From NCBI GenBank assembly GCA_001938485.1, contig MQRK01239985.1, forward strand, positions 1 through 51,397: a stretch of DNA of 51,397 nt, written 5' to 3'. Positions 38,340 through 50,889 of this stretch are shown one piece after another. The notes under the pieces are model-generated. The model saw only the letters and a program-made list of their open reading frames with translations. It ran no database searches and was not told the DNA's origin. The stretch comes from Girardia tigrina (taxonomy: Eukaryota). The translations under genes and the position numbers were made by a program. Within the stretch, counting starts at the first letter, position 1. Each line of letters starts with the position of its first letter.

Positions 38340-38880
38340 TTAAGAATGATATAAAAGAACAACCGATATTCCGAAGGTTTTGGTTAATTTAAACGTGCAA
38401 TTTTTGAAATGTGAAAATAATTCTTTTAATTGAAAAATAATATTTCAAACATTTAAAATCCAAAATGCATTTTGTAATAAATCTCTAACCCTACTTTGAT
38501 TGTGTTTGGATCCCTTATATCCGTTTACATGAAATTGGTGCAATGCCACATACATTGGAGAAACGCATCGTCCTCTATTTAGAAGAATCCAAAAACATCA
38601 CCGTAATGTTGGTGGAAGTAAATACTGAAAAGTTTACAAATTGAACGAAAATTTAAACATAAGTAATTTTAAAATTCTATGCACTCAGTTTAAAAATTAT
38701 TTGAACAGAGTGGCCTATGAAAGTCTATATATTAAGATTAATGTGCAAAAGGGTCTCTTAAAAAATTTATTTAGTGTGTTTAAATGACATAATTATTCAT
38801 CGATTTCATAATCACTGCTTGCCTATCTTTATGACCTGACGATGACGGTTATATCGTCAAAATTAATTATCTGTAATAAT
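38340..38880 (+). mobile_element. Penelope-like element 3' fragment: GIY-YIG endonuclease end plus pLTR hammerhead (38831-38871)
   Basis: PFT*NWCNATYIGETHRPLFRRIQKH...NFKILCTQFKNYLNRVAYESLYIK..INVQKG; downstream ATGACCTGACGATGACGGTTATATCGTCAAAATTAATTATC. Confidence 0.85.
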
Positions 38881-39840
38881 TAAATTTTTTTCTTTAAATG
38901 TCTTTTTATGTGTTCAATAATTATGTATTACTATAATTTTCTCAAAAAAAATATTCATTGAATAAGTAAAATAATATCATTAACATTACATGTTTTTAAT
39001 AATCTTAGTAAATTAAAATTAATATTTTCATAAAAAAACAATTAAAATACAATTTTTTAAATTAATAAAATTTGAACAGAATTTTTTTTCCAACAAAAAT
39101 TATAAAATCAATTTTACGACAAAAAATCCGAAAACAGAAAAATAATCGTCAGAAAAAATCTCCATTTGGTCCACTACAAAATTTAATGAAATTTTTATCG
39201 GTATATCAAATTACGCATTTCTTAAAAAAAGCTGAAATAATATTTCTGTACCATTAAATTGTAAGTTGGTTTATTATGAGTAGAAAGAATTGATAAATTA
39301 TAATATTAATTGTTATAAATAATCATATTTGAAAGAGTATAGTAGATACAAGAAAACACTTTACCGAATCGTGAATCAGTTGCCAAAAGATCCTAACTTT
39401 CGTCAGTAAACATTTAATGACCAAGAAACTTAACTTAAATTATTTTAGTTTTAAGAAATTCAGTAAGTAGTTAAACTGTTCTAAACCATTCTAAACTGTT
39501 CTTAACTAATGTTCGGGGAACCATATCGTTACAAGTTATTAACAACATCAATATGAGGTTTACAACATTTATTAATACCACAAGAGCATTCACTATTTGA
39601 CATCTCTCTTGATCAATATCTTTATGAGTTCAAACTAATTATTTTCAATAAATGAAAATCTGTTAATAAAAATTATTAATCATAAAGAATTTAATTGGTT
39701 GAACTCTTTAAACTCTTTATTCACTCCGATATCGCCAGCTTGAAGATAAGCCATTTTTTTAAAAAACATTTTTTAATTTTTATAAAGTTCTTTTTTCATT
39801 TTTAAAAATATTTTTTTTATAAATTGCTTTAAAAACGATA

Positions 39841-39937
39841 CACCTACTATTTGATTCCACCTACTATTTTAATAGTAGGTGGAAAATTTTTTGAAAACTT
39901 CATTACACCTACTATTTCATGTCCACCTACTATTTGA
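39841..39937. repeat. Cluster of CACCTACTATT motifs (4 direct, 1 inverted); probable subterminal repeats of a DNA transposon
   Basis: Includes the near-palindrome CCACCTACTATTTTAATAGTAGGTGG (39857-39882). Confidence 0.6.
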
Positions 39938-41453
39938 TGTTATCCGTTAATATATTAAAATTTTAAATTACATTAAAAAATAAATAATAAATTCAAAAAT
40001 TATTTTAAATCTTTTTATTTTAAAATTAAATTAAATTATTTTTAATTACTAAGAGTCAAAGAAAATATCAATCATCCATATGTGTAGGAGAGGCACAATC
40101 CTAATCAACATACAACATGCACAATATCAACACACAATTCAAAACATTCCTCACACAAGTATCAAAGGGTGTGATAACAGAGTCGGTGCAGTTGCGCTGC
40201 TGCATCTATTAAAGATTGTTATGTTGTTGGAAAATGGTAGCGAGGAATATATCCTTATCAACATTATACACTACATTACTCGTTTCTGAATTTCAAAGTG
40301 ACATCCTGAATTTGCACATCTCCTCGAGCTTGGAGAACGCATCATACTGGTCGACACTGTGGTTGAGAGTGTTGGTGATCTTGATTAAACTCAAAATCGG
40401 ACTGTCGTCCACGTAATTCATGTGCAGCAGAAAATGTTATACCTGTCCATATCCGTCCGTAAAATTCTCTAGGATATTGATCTTTCTGGTGCTTGATATC
40501 AGGGTACTTTTCGCTCTCCCTATTAGGCTTTTATTCTTTTTTCTCTCTTTATATTGTTTAATCAGTAAATATAAATTCTCTACGATTAACCCAGTGTCTC
40601 TTTCTCTCTTTATTCAACAATTTATAGCATATTCTATCTACTCCAATCATAACATTTTTTTTTCAGTATCAAAACATCAGTATAACAGTATTTTAGTGTA
40701 TAAGCAACAGTAGAAACCAATCAGTCGATTGAAGATTATTTTCTTAACAAATTATCTAATTTTATAATGACTTATAACAAATCAAATTAGAATTGATTTA
40801 TTCAATTAATATATTGATATTAATATTAGATAAACTATTGCTCTAAATAATTTTCTAATAAAAAATTCAAATTCAACCATTAAGATATTAATAATAATTG
40901 ATCATGTTTTCCAATAATTTTTTAAATTCAAATTTTCACTTACGAAATAAGCCTTTAAAAATATCACAAAGTCACAATCACGAAGACATTTCTAAATAAT
41001 TTGAAAATTTCTCATTTCAATTGCAGTCACATGACGGCTCTGATTGGCCAACCAATTAGAGCTTGTCTTTCCCGATCTAAAATTCAAAAGTCTATCACGC
41101 GTTATGACTGGATTACTGTTGAATTAAATTTTCAAATTAATAATCTTTTTTTTAATTTATTTTTTGCTCTTTAATTTTTAATTATTTTATTTACTTAATT
41201 TGATTATTTGATTAATACAATAATTTAATGAGTGATTTTGATAAATGAGGCACAGTTAGGAAAAAATAATGATTTCTAACTTTAAATTACAACCACTTTG
41301 TTAGTGAAAAATTTCATCCACTGAACATTCGGTTTCGTTCGACAATTCTAACTGATTTTTTAATTGAAACTCACCCCGACAACGTCAACAAGAAGTCATC
41401 CAAATCATTAAAATCATTGTGTAAACTAATAAAACATAAAAAATAGTAATATT

Positions 41454-41457
<4 letters not shown>

Positions 41458-41490
<33 letters not shown>
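41458..41490. repeat. (AT)n microsatellite
   Basis: Direct observation. Confidence 0.95.
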
Positions 41491-41493
<3 letters not shown>

Positions 41494-42523
41494 GTTTTTT
41501 TAATGAAAATCTGCTAAAAAACTATACAGAGGCAAAATAATTCTGAATCTGCTTTAATAATAACTTATTGTTTTGTTCTACCGTAGATTCGGTTCTATTA
41601 AGAACTGGCTGCGTAAGATAAATGTAATGGGTACTTGATTTAAAACGTTAATGTGGTCTCATTCATTGAGCATACTTATTTTCTATGTCCTTTTATTTCA
41701 TGGTTACTTTAATATTTGTTGATGTTGACTCTCAAAAGCATTTTCATTATTGTCTTCAACTTTTTATTGATTTATAAAATGGTTTTAATGGTTTTTAAAT
41801 GATACATATTTTCTCTATGTAGTCTAGTGAGCAATAGTTTGATACTTTTGGAATCGATATTTGTGAAAGAATTTTTTAAAGAATCAACATTGGGCGTGTT
41901 TCTTTTACTATTTTTGATCATCTTTAGGAACTTTATTTGTGTTGTAAATTTATTTTAGTATATTTTTTATTTTTTTAATCTATAAAGAAATTAATTAAAA
42001 AGTAATATTAAAGTTCAATTTTAATGGTTTATATTTTATTTTTGACATTAATGATATTTATTCTATTAAAATATATTTAATATTGAGACTGCTTTACTTT
42101 TCCCATTTTGGATGTTAATCAATTTTTTATAGTGTCTTATTATCAATGACTCACAATACAACCTCTCATAATGGGAATCAAAATTATTCTAAATAATAGA
42201 AAATTCATCTTTTGAAATTATTGAAGTTCTATCTTTGCACCACCTGCAGTGATCTTACTCCATCTAATCGACTGTGAGTGTCCATAAATTCTTGTTGTGA
42301 GATGCCAATTTGTTTCTGCAATGTTTATGTTTTTAAACCCGTGGTATTTAAATTTTAAAACAAAATTAGGTTTCATGTTTTTTTTCTAATTTGAAATAAA
42401 TAAATATATAATCCAGAACAGTGCTTAAAATAATATATATTTTTCAACCTAATTCTTGGTTAGAATTAATTTTATAATAAAATTTAATTTGCGTGGATCT
42501 TTTAACTGGACTTCGTTTTCTAG

Positions 42524-42823
42524 ATTTCCGCATCGGATCTCGATGTAGACAGTCATTTAACCTATTCGTCTGCTGATCCGACGTCTCCAATAACATCAAT
42601 CTTTAAAATTGAATTACAGGGTACAATAAAACTGCTCAGATCATTAGATTATGAAAGTCAAGCCTTTTACTATATGTCCGTAAAAGTAACGGATGGTGAG
42701 TTTAACGCATTTAGTAAACTGAAAATAGTGGTCATTGATGTCAACGATGAGACCCCGCAATTTAATTTAAATCCAACAAATATATCAGTGTACGAAAATT
42801 CGGAACCAAAAGAGATTGCTCAG
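42524..42823 (+). CDS. Internal exon of a cadherin-superfamily gene (one extracellular cadherin repeat, 100 aa)
   Basis: Acceptor TTAAC...CTTCGTTTTCTAG, donor CAG|GTTAAT; stop-free ISASDLDVDSHLTYS...IFKIELQGTIKLLRSLDYESQAFYYMSVKVTDGEF...IVVIDVNDETPQF...ISVYENSEPKEIAQ with AxDxD, LDYE, DxNDxxP and EN calcium-binding motifs. Confidence 0.93.
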
Positions 42824-43161
42824 GTTAATTTTTTGTAATTGATGTTAAGTTTAATTATTAGTGGAAAAATTTTATTTTGTTTTTTATTGTAATTAAATTT
42901 CATCAATACAATTTCAGAATATTTATCAGTGGTAACAAAAAATAATTTAAAGTAATATTGCCCTTAAAACGGAAATCATTCATTGTTACTAAAAGCAAAT
43001 CGAAAAAATTGTCTTTCTTGATTCCGCTACTCCTCCTTTTTTGCTTAATAAAGAAATTTGTTTCAAATAACTGTTTCAGGAACTAATTTTAACCATTTCG
43101 AGGATCCAAAAGATAAAAAAATAAAGTTTTGGTTAGAGATAAAATAGTTATTTTTCAGAAC

Positions 43162-43230
43162 AAATAAATATATAAATAAATAAATAAATGAGTAAATAAA
43201 TAAATAATAAAATAAATAAGTAAATAAAAA
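43162..43230. repeat. Imperfect (AAAT)n microsatellite
   Basis: Direct observation. Confidence 0.85.
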
Positions 43231-43928
43231 TTGATGATACATAATTGACCTACTTCTACTTAATTGAGTATATTCAGCAATTCTAGTACGGAGATGATGA
43301 AATGTCAATCGATTGGACAAGGATTCACATTTATGGCATTTATATCAGTAAACTAAATCAGCTTTCATACCAAATGGTGTTTTACCTTTATTAGTAAAAT
43401 ATTTGGAGATTTTTTCGTTGAAAATAATATTTTATTTGAAACTTCTAATATAGCCCGATTAAACAATTTTGTTTCTTCGGAAAATTGAAATTCTAAAAGT
43501 TATTTTGCTGTATCTTTCCATTCTTCAGTCACATTTGATTTACAGTTTGTATTATTTGATTTTTAATAAATTGAATGAATAGTATGTTTTATGATGCTAT
43601 TTAAAAACTTTATTTTAACCATTATTAAAGAAGACTTGTGAATAATATCAATTTTGTTATCAAAAATTTTAAACGAAGATGTTAAACTCTATAATCTATG
43701 AACTAGACTATTTGGTGTTTTAGCTGATCTAGTTTAACAATATAAATTTCACAAGTATGATTCTGTACATATTGGATAGAAAAATACTCGCCTCCTCGCT
43801 AGAATTGCTGTACATACGCAATTAAGTATAACTAGCTTAATTATGGATCAATTGCTGAAATTTTATGGGAATTTTAGGAAAGGACCTGACATTGAATTTC
43901 CGTTTTTTAAAGAAAAGTGATTAAATAA

Positions 43929-46080
43929 CACTGGATAACAACTTTTTATGAAAATCATGTTTCATGATGCTTTTAAGTGTTTCTTAATGTAATTTTGCTC
44001 GCTGATTCGGAAAATAACATTAGTCTCTACATATCTTCAACGGTTCAAAAGATAAATTAAAATTTATATAATTAAAATATACGAAAAATCAGCTTTAAAT
44101 ACATTACACAAAATTAGCAAAATATCAACATAACTGAGAGTTACAATGTCTCCTTGGTGTATACACAATGAAATGATACAAGTAATCTTAAGTTCATCAA
44201 AAATGTACAGTAGATCGTTTTTGTCTTGTGTCATCTGTGCGCACCAAACTCCATATATGGATCCCCATCATGGCTTTGTTCCAACTTCCTTGATATCGCT
44301 TCTCCATCATCGCAATGCCCTGGTGAAACCTCTACTGTGCTCTTTGCTAACATCTTCGAGATTCGGTCTAAATAATTCCAGGTGAGAGTGCAGATAATAC
44401 AGCTTTGTTGACATTCAACAACCCAAATCTTGGTAGCTGTTGAGTAATTCTTCAATCAGTTCCTAATAATTATCCGCTCTGATGTTGCCAAGAAAATTAG
44501 AAACTACATGCTTGAAAGCCATCTAGGCTCAATTTTCTTTTTCGTTCATTTTACTCTCTACACTTTCTGATTCGAACATCTGCCTCACTTGTGGTCCAAC
44601 AAACACACCTGCTGAAACTTTAGCTTCTGATAGCTTTGTAAACAATGACCTGATCTCTTTAAGGAATTCATCACTAAGATCTATGGCTGTTACAAATTGC
44701 TTAATTAATCCCAGTTTTATATGCAGTGGGGTAGAATAATTTTGTCCGCAGAAACAAGAGCAACATTTTTCACGCTGTATATACCTGGTTGCAAGTCACT
44801 TCGTTCATGCCATTCTCTTCGGATATAATGATGTGCTCTATCTCTGCTATCCCATAAACAAAGAAAACAAGGGAACTTTGTGAATCCACCTTGCAATCCA
44901 AGAAGAAAACCTATCATCTTGAAATGTCCACAAACATTCATTTTGTATCTATCGTAGTTGACCTTCTGCAGCAAAGTTCTAACATTACTACAGTCCTCCT
45001 TCAAGTGGACACTGTGACCGATTGGTACTGAAGGATTCTGATATACAATTGTGGAGTAATACTGCTTTTAAACTTCTAGCAGAGGTGTCAATAAATATTC
45101 GCCATTATTCTGGTTGATGTGTGACACCAATTGCTTCAAACAGTTTCATCACGTCTGAACAAAAGCAAAGTGATTCCTCAACTCTAAAGTACTGAGCAAA
45201 TGTAATGTGTCTATTTTGGTACTTAGAAATTTTTACACTTTAATGCAATAAATTTCATTTCTTTAGTCTAAATGAAAGTAGTTCACCGCCTGCTTTAGAA
45301 ATGTTTAAGCCACTGACAAGATCATCAAGTTCTTGTTGATTTGGAAAGTGAGACTCTTTAGACTTCCAAGCTTCTTGTTCTTCTTCATACTCATCTACCG
45401 ACCTTATCCAATAGTTCCCTGTAGGCTTCATTTTGTTCCGGTGATTCTGGAACATGTAAATTTTCATCACGTGGCACTGGTGCAATAGAAGAAGGTATAT
45501 CAGGATAGACTAGTTTCTTCTAATCCTGTGGTTTCTTATAAGCAGTGATATCCACCATACAGAAGTAGCAATCGTTGATGTGATTTGTTGGCTCCCTTCA
45601 AATTCTAGGGACTGCAAACGGCATTCGTTTCCTTCTGCCTCTTAGCCACCCTTCCAATGTTGATTTTAAGCATCCGCATATAACAGGAAGAGCCCAGGAT
45701 TTATCTTGATATCCTATGGGCATTCCAAAATATTTCTCATATACTTCGCAGTACTTCGTGTCCCTAGATATCTTATGTTTGATTTGAGAGGGGCCAAAAT
45801 AATATCCACAAACATAGCAAAAACAGTCAGATGATAATTTACAGTGTCTCGGTGACATTTTTATCTACAAACAAATAACAAAATCAATATTAATATGAAA
45901 ATCGTTAAAGATATTACAGAAAAATGGTTAGCGGAGCCATAAAAATGAATTTGTCAGAAAATAGCCTTTTCATCCAAACCGCTGTAGAAAACAAAAATAA
46001 TTGTTGCGCCAAAAAATCAGCGCACCAAAATTGTATAAAAACCTTTAAAAATTAAATGAAACATTTTTTGTTGCCCTGTG
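43929..46080 (-). mobile_element. Full-length Chapaev3-like (CMC superfamily) DNA transposon with frameshifted transposase (45858 to ~44140)
   Basis: CAC termini CACTGGATAACAAC / TTGTTGCCCTGTG; 3-bp TAA TSD; MSPRHCKLSSDCFCYVCG..QDKSWA..MPFAVPRI..DCYFC, LLGLQGGFTKFPCFLCLWDSR, VGPQVR, EEHSRGFTR fragments. Confidence 0.85.
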
Positions 46081-46792
46081 TAATAAATAATTTAAGAAAT
46101 AAATACTTTCAGTTGAAAATTATAATAAATGATTTATTTAAAAACAATGTTAAATTATCAAGATAAATACTCTAATTTTCGTAATATTAGAGAAAAAATA
46201 TTCATTAAAATAATTTTCTTTTCCAAAAACTTCAGTAAAACTTAATCTTTTCAGTTAAAAATTTATTTTCCAAATGATTTCAATAGATTCATGAGAATAA
46301 TTGAATTTGAAATTAAATGATTTTTTTGGAAAAAAAATCAGTTTTGAATTAGTTTTGCAACGACTTCATATAAAATTTAGATATGTTCCTTTATTTCTGT
46401 TTTTTTTAATTAGAACTCACTTTTGTATTTAATATCCAAAATGCTTCAAAATTATTAAAAATTATATTTATTGCTATTTGTGTAAAAAATTAATCTTCAA
46501 AAATAAATAATAGTAATTATTTATAATTAATTTAAATGAAAAATTAAATAAATCGTTAAGAGAAATTTTCTTTGAAAAAAATTCAGTAAATAATTAATAA
46601 AGTAATAAGTATTAATTAATTAATTCTAAATTTATTTTTTAATTAAAAATTAATTAGGTTATATTTCTTTAAATTAAAATTTAATAATATTTCAATTATA
46701 AAACATTTAAGATAGTCTTTGATGAATTTATATTTTATAATATTTATTAAATATTGCAATTAATGATTAAATATTTCTGTTTTTTATATGAA

Positions 46793-47083
46793 TAATTTTA
46801 ACAGATTTACAATATCTATATTTTATTTATAATTTATAGGATTATATATAATTATACAGAAATAATGAATTTTTATTTATTTGAAAAATTATTTTATATT
46901 ATAGTCAAAGTAAATTTTGTGATATTTAAAACTCTAATTTTAATTTTAACAGATTTACAATTTCTATATTTTATTTATAATTTATAGGATTATATATAAT
47001 TATACAGAAATAATGAATTTTTATTTATTTGAAAAATTATTTTATATTATAGTCAAAGTAAATTTTGTGATATTTAAAACTCT
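46793..47083. repeat. Near-perfect tandem duplication, period 148 bp
   Basis: 46793-46935 repeated at 46941-47083 with one substitution seen. Confidence 0.9.
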
Positions 47084-50000
47084 GTGTTTAATATTTCTGA
47101 AAACAAAAGAGTTTTAATTATAATCTCCACCAGACATTTTCTGCTGTTGGGAATAATACATATGATTATTATAAAAGCACGTCGGACGGTATTTATTTTG
47201 ATGTTTTAAATTTTTCTTTTGCAAAAAAAATTAATATATTATTTCTCATTAAAATCAATTTTATTTAGATACATATTTTTCCAAGCTTTATATATAATTC
47301 TTGTTTTTATATTAACAACATTTATTTTATAACTATTATAACTTTTTAGCATTGAATCATAAAGACACCAAAAATCACTTATTCCATTTTAATATAATTT
47401 TTATTATAACATGTAGGAAATTCAGTCGGTTTAGTCGGTAGAAACGTACACCGTTATTCATAAAATTATTATTAATAGGGTCCAAAGAATAAAATCTCGT
47501 CTCTTTCTACGTATAATTAAAATCTTTTTTTTGTCTGTCTGTTGAAGTGCCAAAATAAGAAGTTACATTTGAAAAATTAAACAACTATACTTTAAAAAAA
47601 AGATTGTATCAAACAATCAAAGCTTTTAGAATCATTAATTTGTTTCATTTTAATTTGAAAAGGAAAATATTTATCAAAATAAAACCTCGTCAATCTCAAG
47701 TTGGTTGATTAAACTTGGATATGTAAAAAGAAAAACTTAAAAAGAATAAGAAATCGGCAGATAAGAGTCTAAATGAGTCAAAACCAAAAAAGGAGCGAAA
47801 TAGAACCACTAACACCAGAATTTAAGAGAACTTACTGTTTTGAATTGAATAATAAGATATTTTTATTACAAAAAGGAATAATTTTATAATTTTTATAGAA
47901 AACATTTATAATGAGAATTTGTGTAAAAACACTATAAGGAACTTTTTTATCTAAATCTTTGATAAGAAACGTTGAATGTGGTGTTGAAATAGAGTTCTGG
48001 GAGTGTGAAAAATAAAAGCGTTTCTGAAGATATATTTTTGTTATTCCATTCTTCCATATATATGTAACCATGTAATTTAGAAACGTATTTTTGAAGGTCT
48101 TTTACTCAATTAATTTTAACCAAACTTTGCATATTTACTTTTAATTCATAATAAAAAGAGATTAATTTTATTGTTACTTTTCATAACGATATAATTAGTC
48201 AAATGCAGCACATGAAATCTGTCAAGGAAGACAAAAATAAAGTGGGCACGATTTTTTTCAAGCAAATTTTTCAATAAAATTTACCCATTGACGATGAAAG
48301 GGAACATGAAGGGAGTCTCTCAAAATGTCATTTATTTTCTCTGAGGATGGCACCTCCTATGGTCCGGGTGCGTCTGAACGATTTATCTAAAAATTGCAAA
48401 GAACATTCGAAATTCGCAAATCTTACAAAAAGAACTTGATATTGAATGATATTGCAAAATGCAAGGATATTTCGATGGAATTTCGTTGTTAATATTTTCG
48501 TATTTCCTTTAGCTGTCCAAGTATTCGAAAATATGTTCAAAATATTCCTTGTAATTAGAAAAGGAAAAATAAAAATGAATTTTTAATTTGATAGATTTTT
48601 TTTTCTTTTTCTTTCTTGAAAATAGGTTAGAGCAGTAACATCTTGGATTTAGTATTGTACAACTTTCATTGTGTATATAGAATTCAAAAAGGAATAGAAT
48701 AATAAAAAAATAATTATAATATAACAAAGTACATGCAGGACGTATAAATACAAATAATAATTAAGAAATATAAATTTGTGCTAAAATTTTTCTATATATG
48801 TAATGAAAATAAAGCACTTATTATTTAATTAACATGTATGACTATTTTTATTTTACGATTAATCATTGAAAATATTACTTAGTTGATTTTGGAGTCACTT
48901 GTCTGTTACGCCATGATGAAAAAAATAAACAAAAAACATTAAGTATCTAAATATTTTTGTATAGTGATTGTTAAATTTATTATATTGATCACTACAGGCA
49001 GAATCATCGTCTCCATTCCTTAGGTTCAAAAACTCTACAATGAGATTCATATATGACAGAAGCAATTAAACCTTCTTTTATCAAAGTAATTTTGTCCTAC
49101 GGATAACCATCAAATATTCATATCAATGTCTCTCTTTCAATGGAACATATTTTTTAATAAAATTATATTTTAATCAATGTTAAATAATTTATTAATGCAT
49201 TCATTCGATAGTCAAGCAATAAAACAAAACAAAAGAAATTATATTTCATGCATTAAATGATTATAATTATATAAAATATGAGTTTTCAAAATTTAAAGAA
49301 AATATATAATTAAAGTAAAAAATAGTATTACTATTAGATTAAAATATATTTTTTATTAATAAAAAATTTAAAAAATTTAACTAGTAAAAAAGTCATTCTA
49401 GATATTTCGTTAGTTTGTTTGCCTGCGCTGGTGCTTGGTGATCTCGTTGGTTGATTTTGAGATTGAATATTTTTAAATAAAAATTTTGAATCGAATTTTT
49501 TTCTTGTCCAGTTGCATTTCCTCAATTTATTCTATCACTATTCGGTTTTATTTGGCGAATATTATAAAATCTCAACTATTCTACTTACCTATGTAGAAGC
49601 AGACCGAACAAATTTGGCGAAAAAAAATTCTGACGGAAATCCGAAAGAAACATAATGTTTAAGGGAGCCGAGTTTCCCCTCCAATCAATATTTGTGGCCA
49701 TATGGAGCGTCATTTCTCTTTTGTCCATCATTTCTGACCCTAACGAAGACCGTTTCTCGTTCTCTTTTATTTTCCATTTCCTGTCGCTTTTCTCGTATTA
49801 GCTTGAGTTCGATTATATTTATTATCCATCTGAATACGAGATCGTTGATACAAAAGATATATTCTTCCAAAATTCCTTTATCCAGATTCCTTAAGTCATT
49901 ATTATCGTTAATTGAATAGATATAGAAATCTTTTTATAATTTAAATAATATCAAAATACAAAAACCAAAAATAATTTTAAACAATAATTTTTATTTAACA

Positions 50001-50889
50001 AATATTGCGATGATTTTTAAACGTTTAAAAAACAACTTAATTTTTGAAAATAATCAAAACATATTTTTAACAATTAATAGTCTATATTATTGTTAAATTA
50101 CTAATTTTAATTTAATTAATTAATTAATTTTTACTAATTAACGGCAGATATGCCTCAGATTTTGTCAATCATCCATTTTTTTCCATTTACGTTATAAGAA
50201 TCATTCAGTTACCGATTATGAATGATCTCCTTTTCAAAAGGATCCACAGTAACAAATTGATTTTTTCCAACACGAAATTCGTTGTGGCATATCTAAGTAT
50301 TTTGGCGTTAAAGTTCTTACGACCGATCGGAAGTATTTCGATGTGGAAAATTTCGAATTTTAAGGGTGAGAGAGGACTTATAAAAACAGTCCTAGCATCG
50401 TTCCGCTGGATCTTTCAATGATTAAAGATATAAACAAGAAAATCATATATAAGAGAAATTGATATACAAAAATGATTAAATGATAATACATATTTACAAA
50501 TTACGGAAAATCTAATAAATTAAATTTGATTAGAAATAAAATTAATCATAAATATATTCAAATTTATACGTAAAGTTTTAATTTAAAATTATATTTAAGA
50601 TAAAAAACTTTCTTTGAGAAAGATCAATTTTTTGGATTCTTTTAAAAACAATCAACTCTATTTGAAGAATCTTTCTTTTTGAATGACTTAATATATACTC
50701 AAACCAAAAACTCCGAGGAAAAAATGTCTTCTTTGCTTATTAAAATTCAAGTACATGAAATTCAAGAAACAATTAACTACAACAAAACATTCAAAAAGAA
50801 TTAAAAGGACTAAAAATAAATTTGTAATATTTTGACAAAATATGAAAATTATTTTTTTCTTTAAATCAGATTTAGTAAAATGTGTTATA

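Noticed and set aside
48975-49030. Second cadherin exon (TTGRIIVSIP)
   Set aside because: In-frame stop, no LDxE or DxND motifs; the opposite strand fits a Chapaev-like relic better
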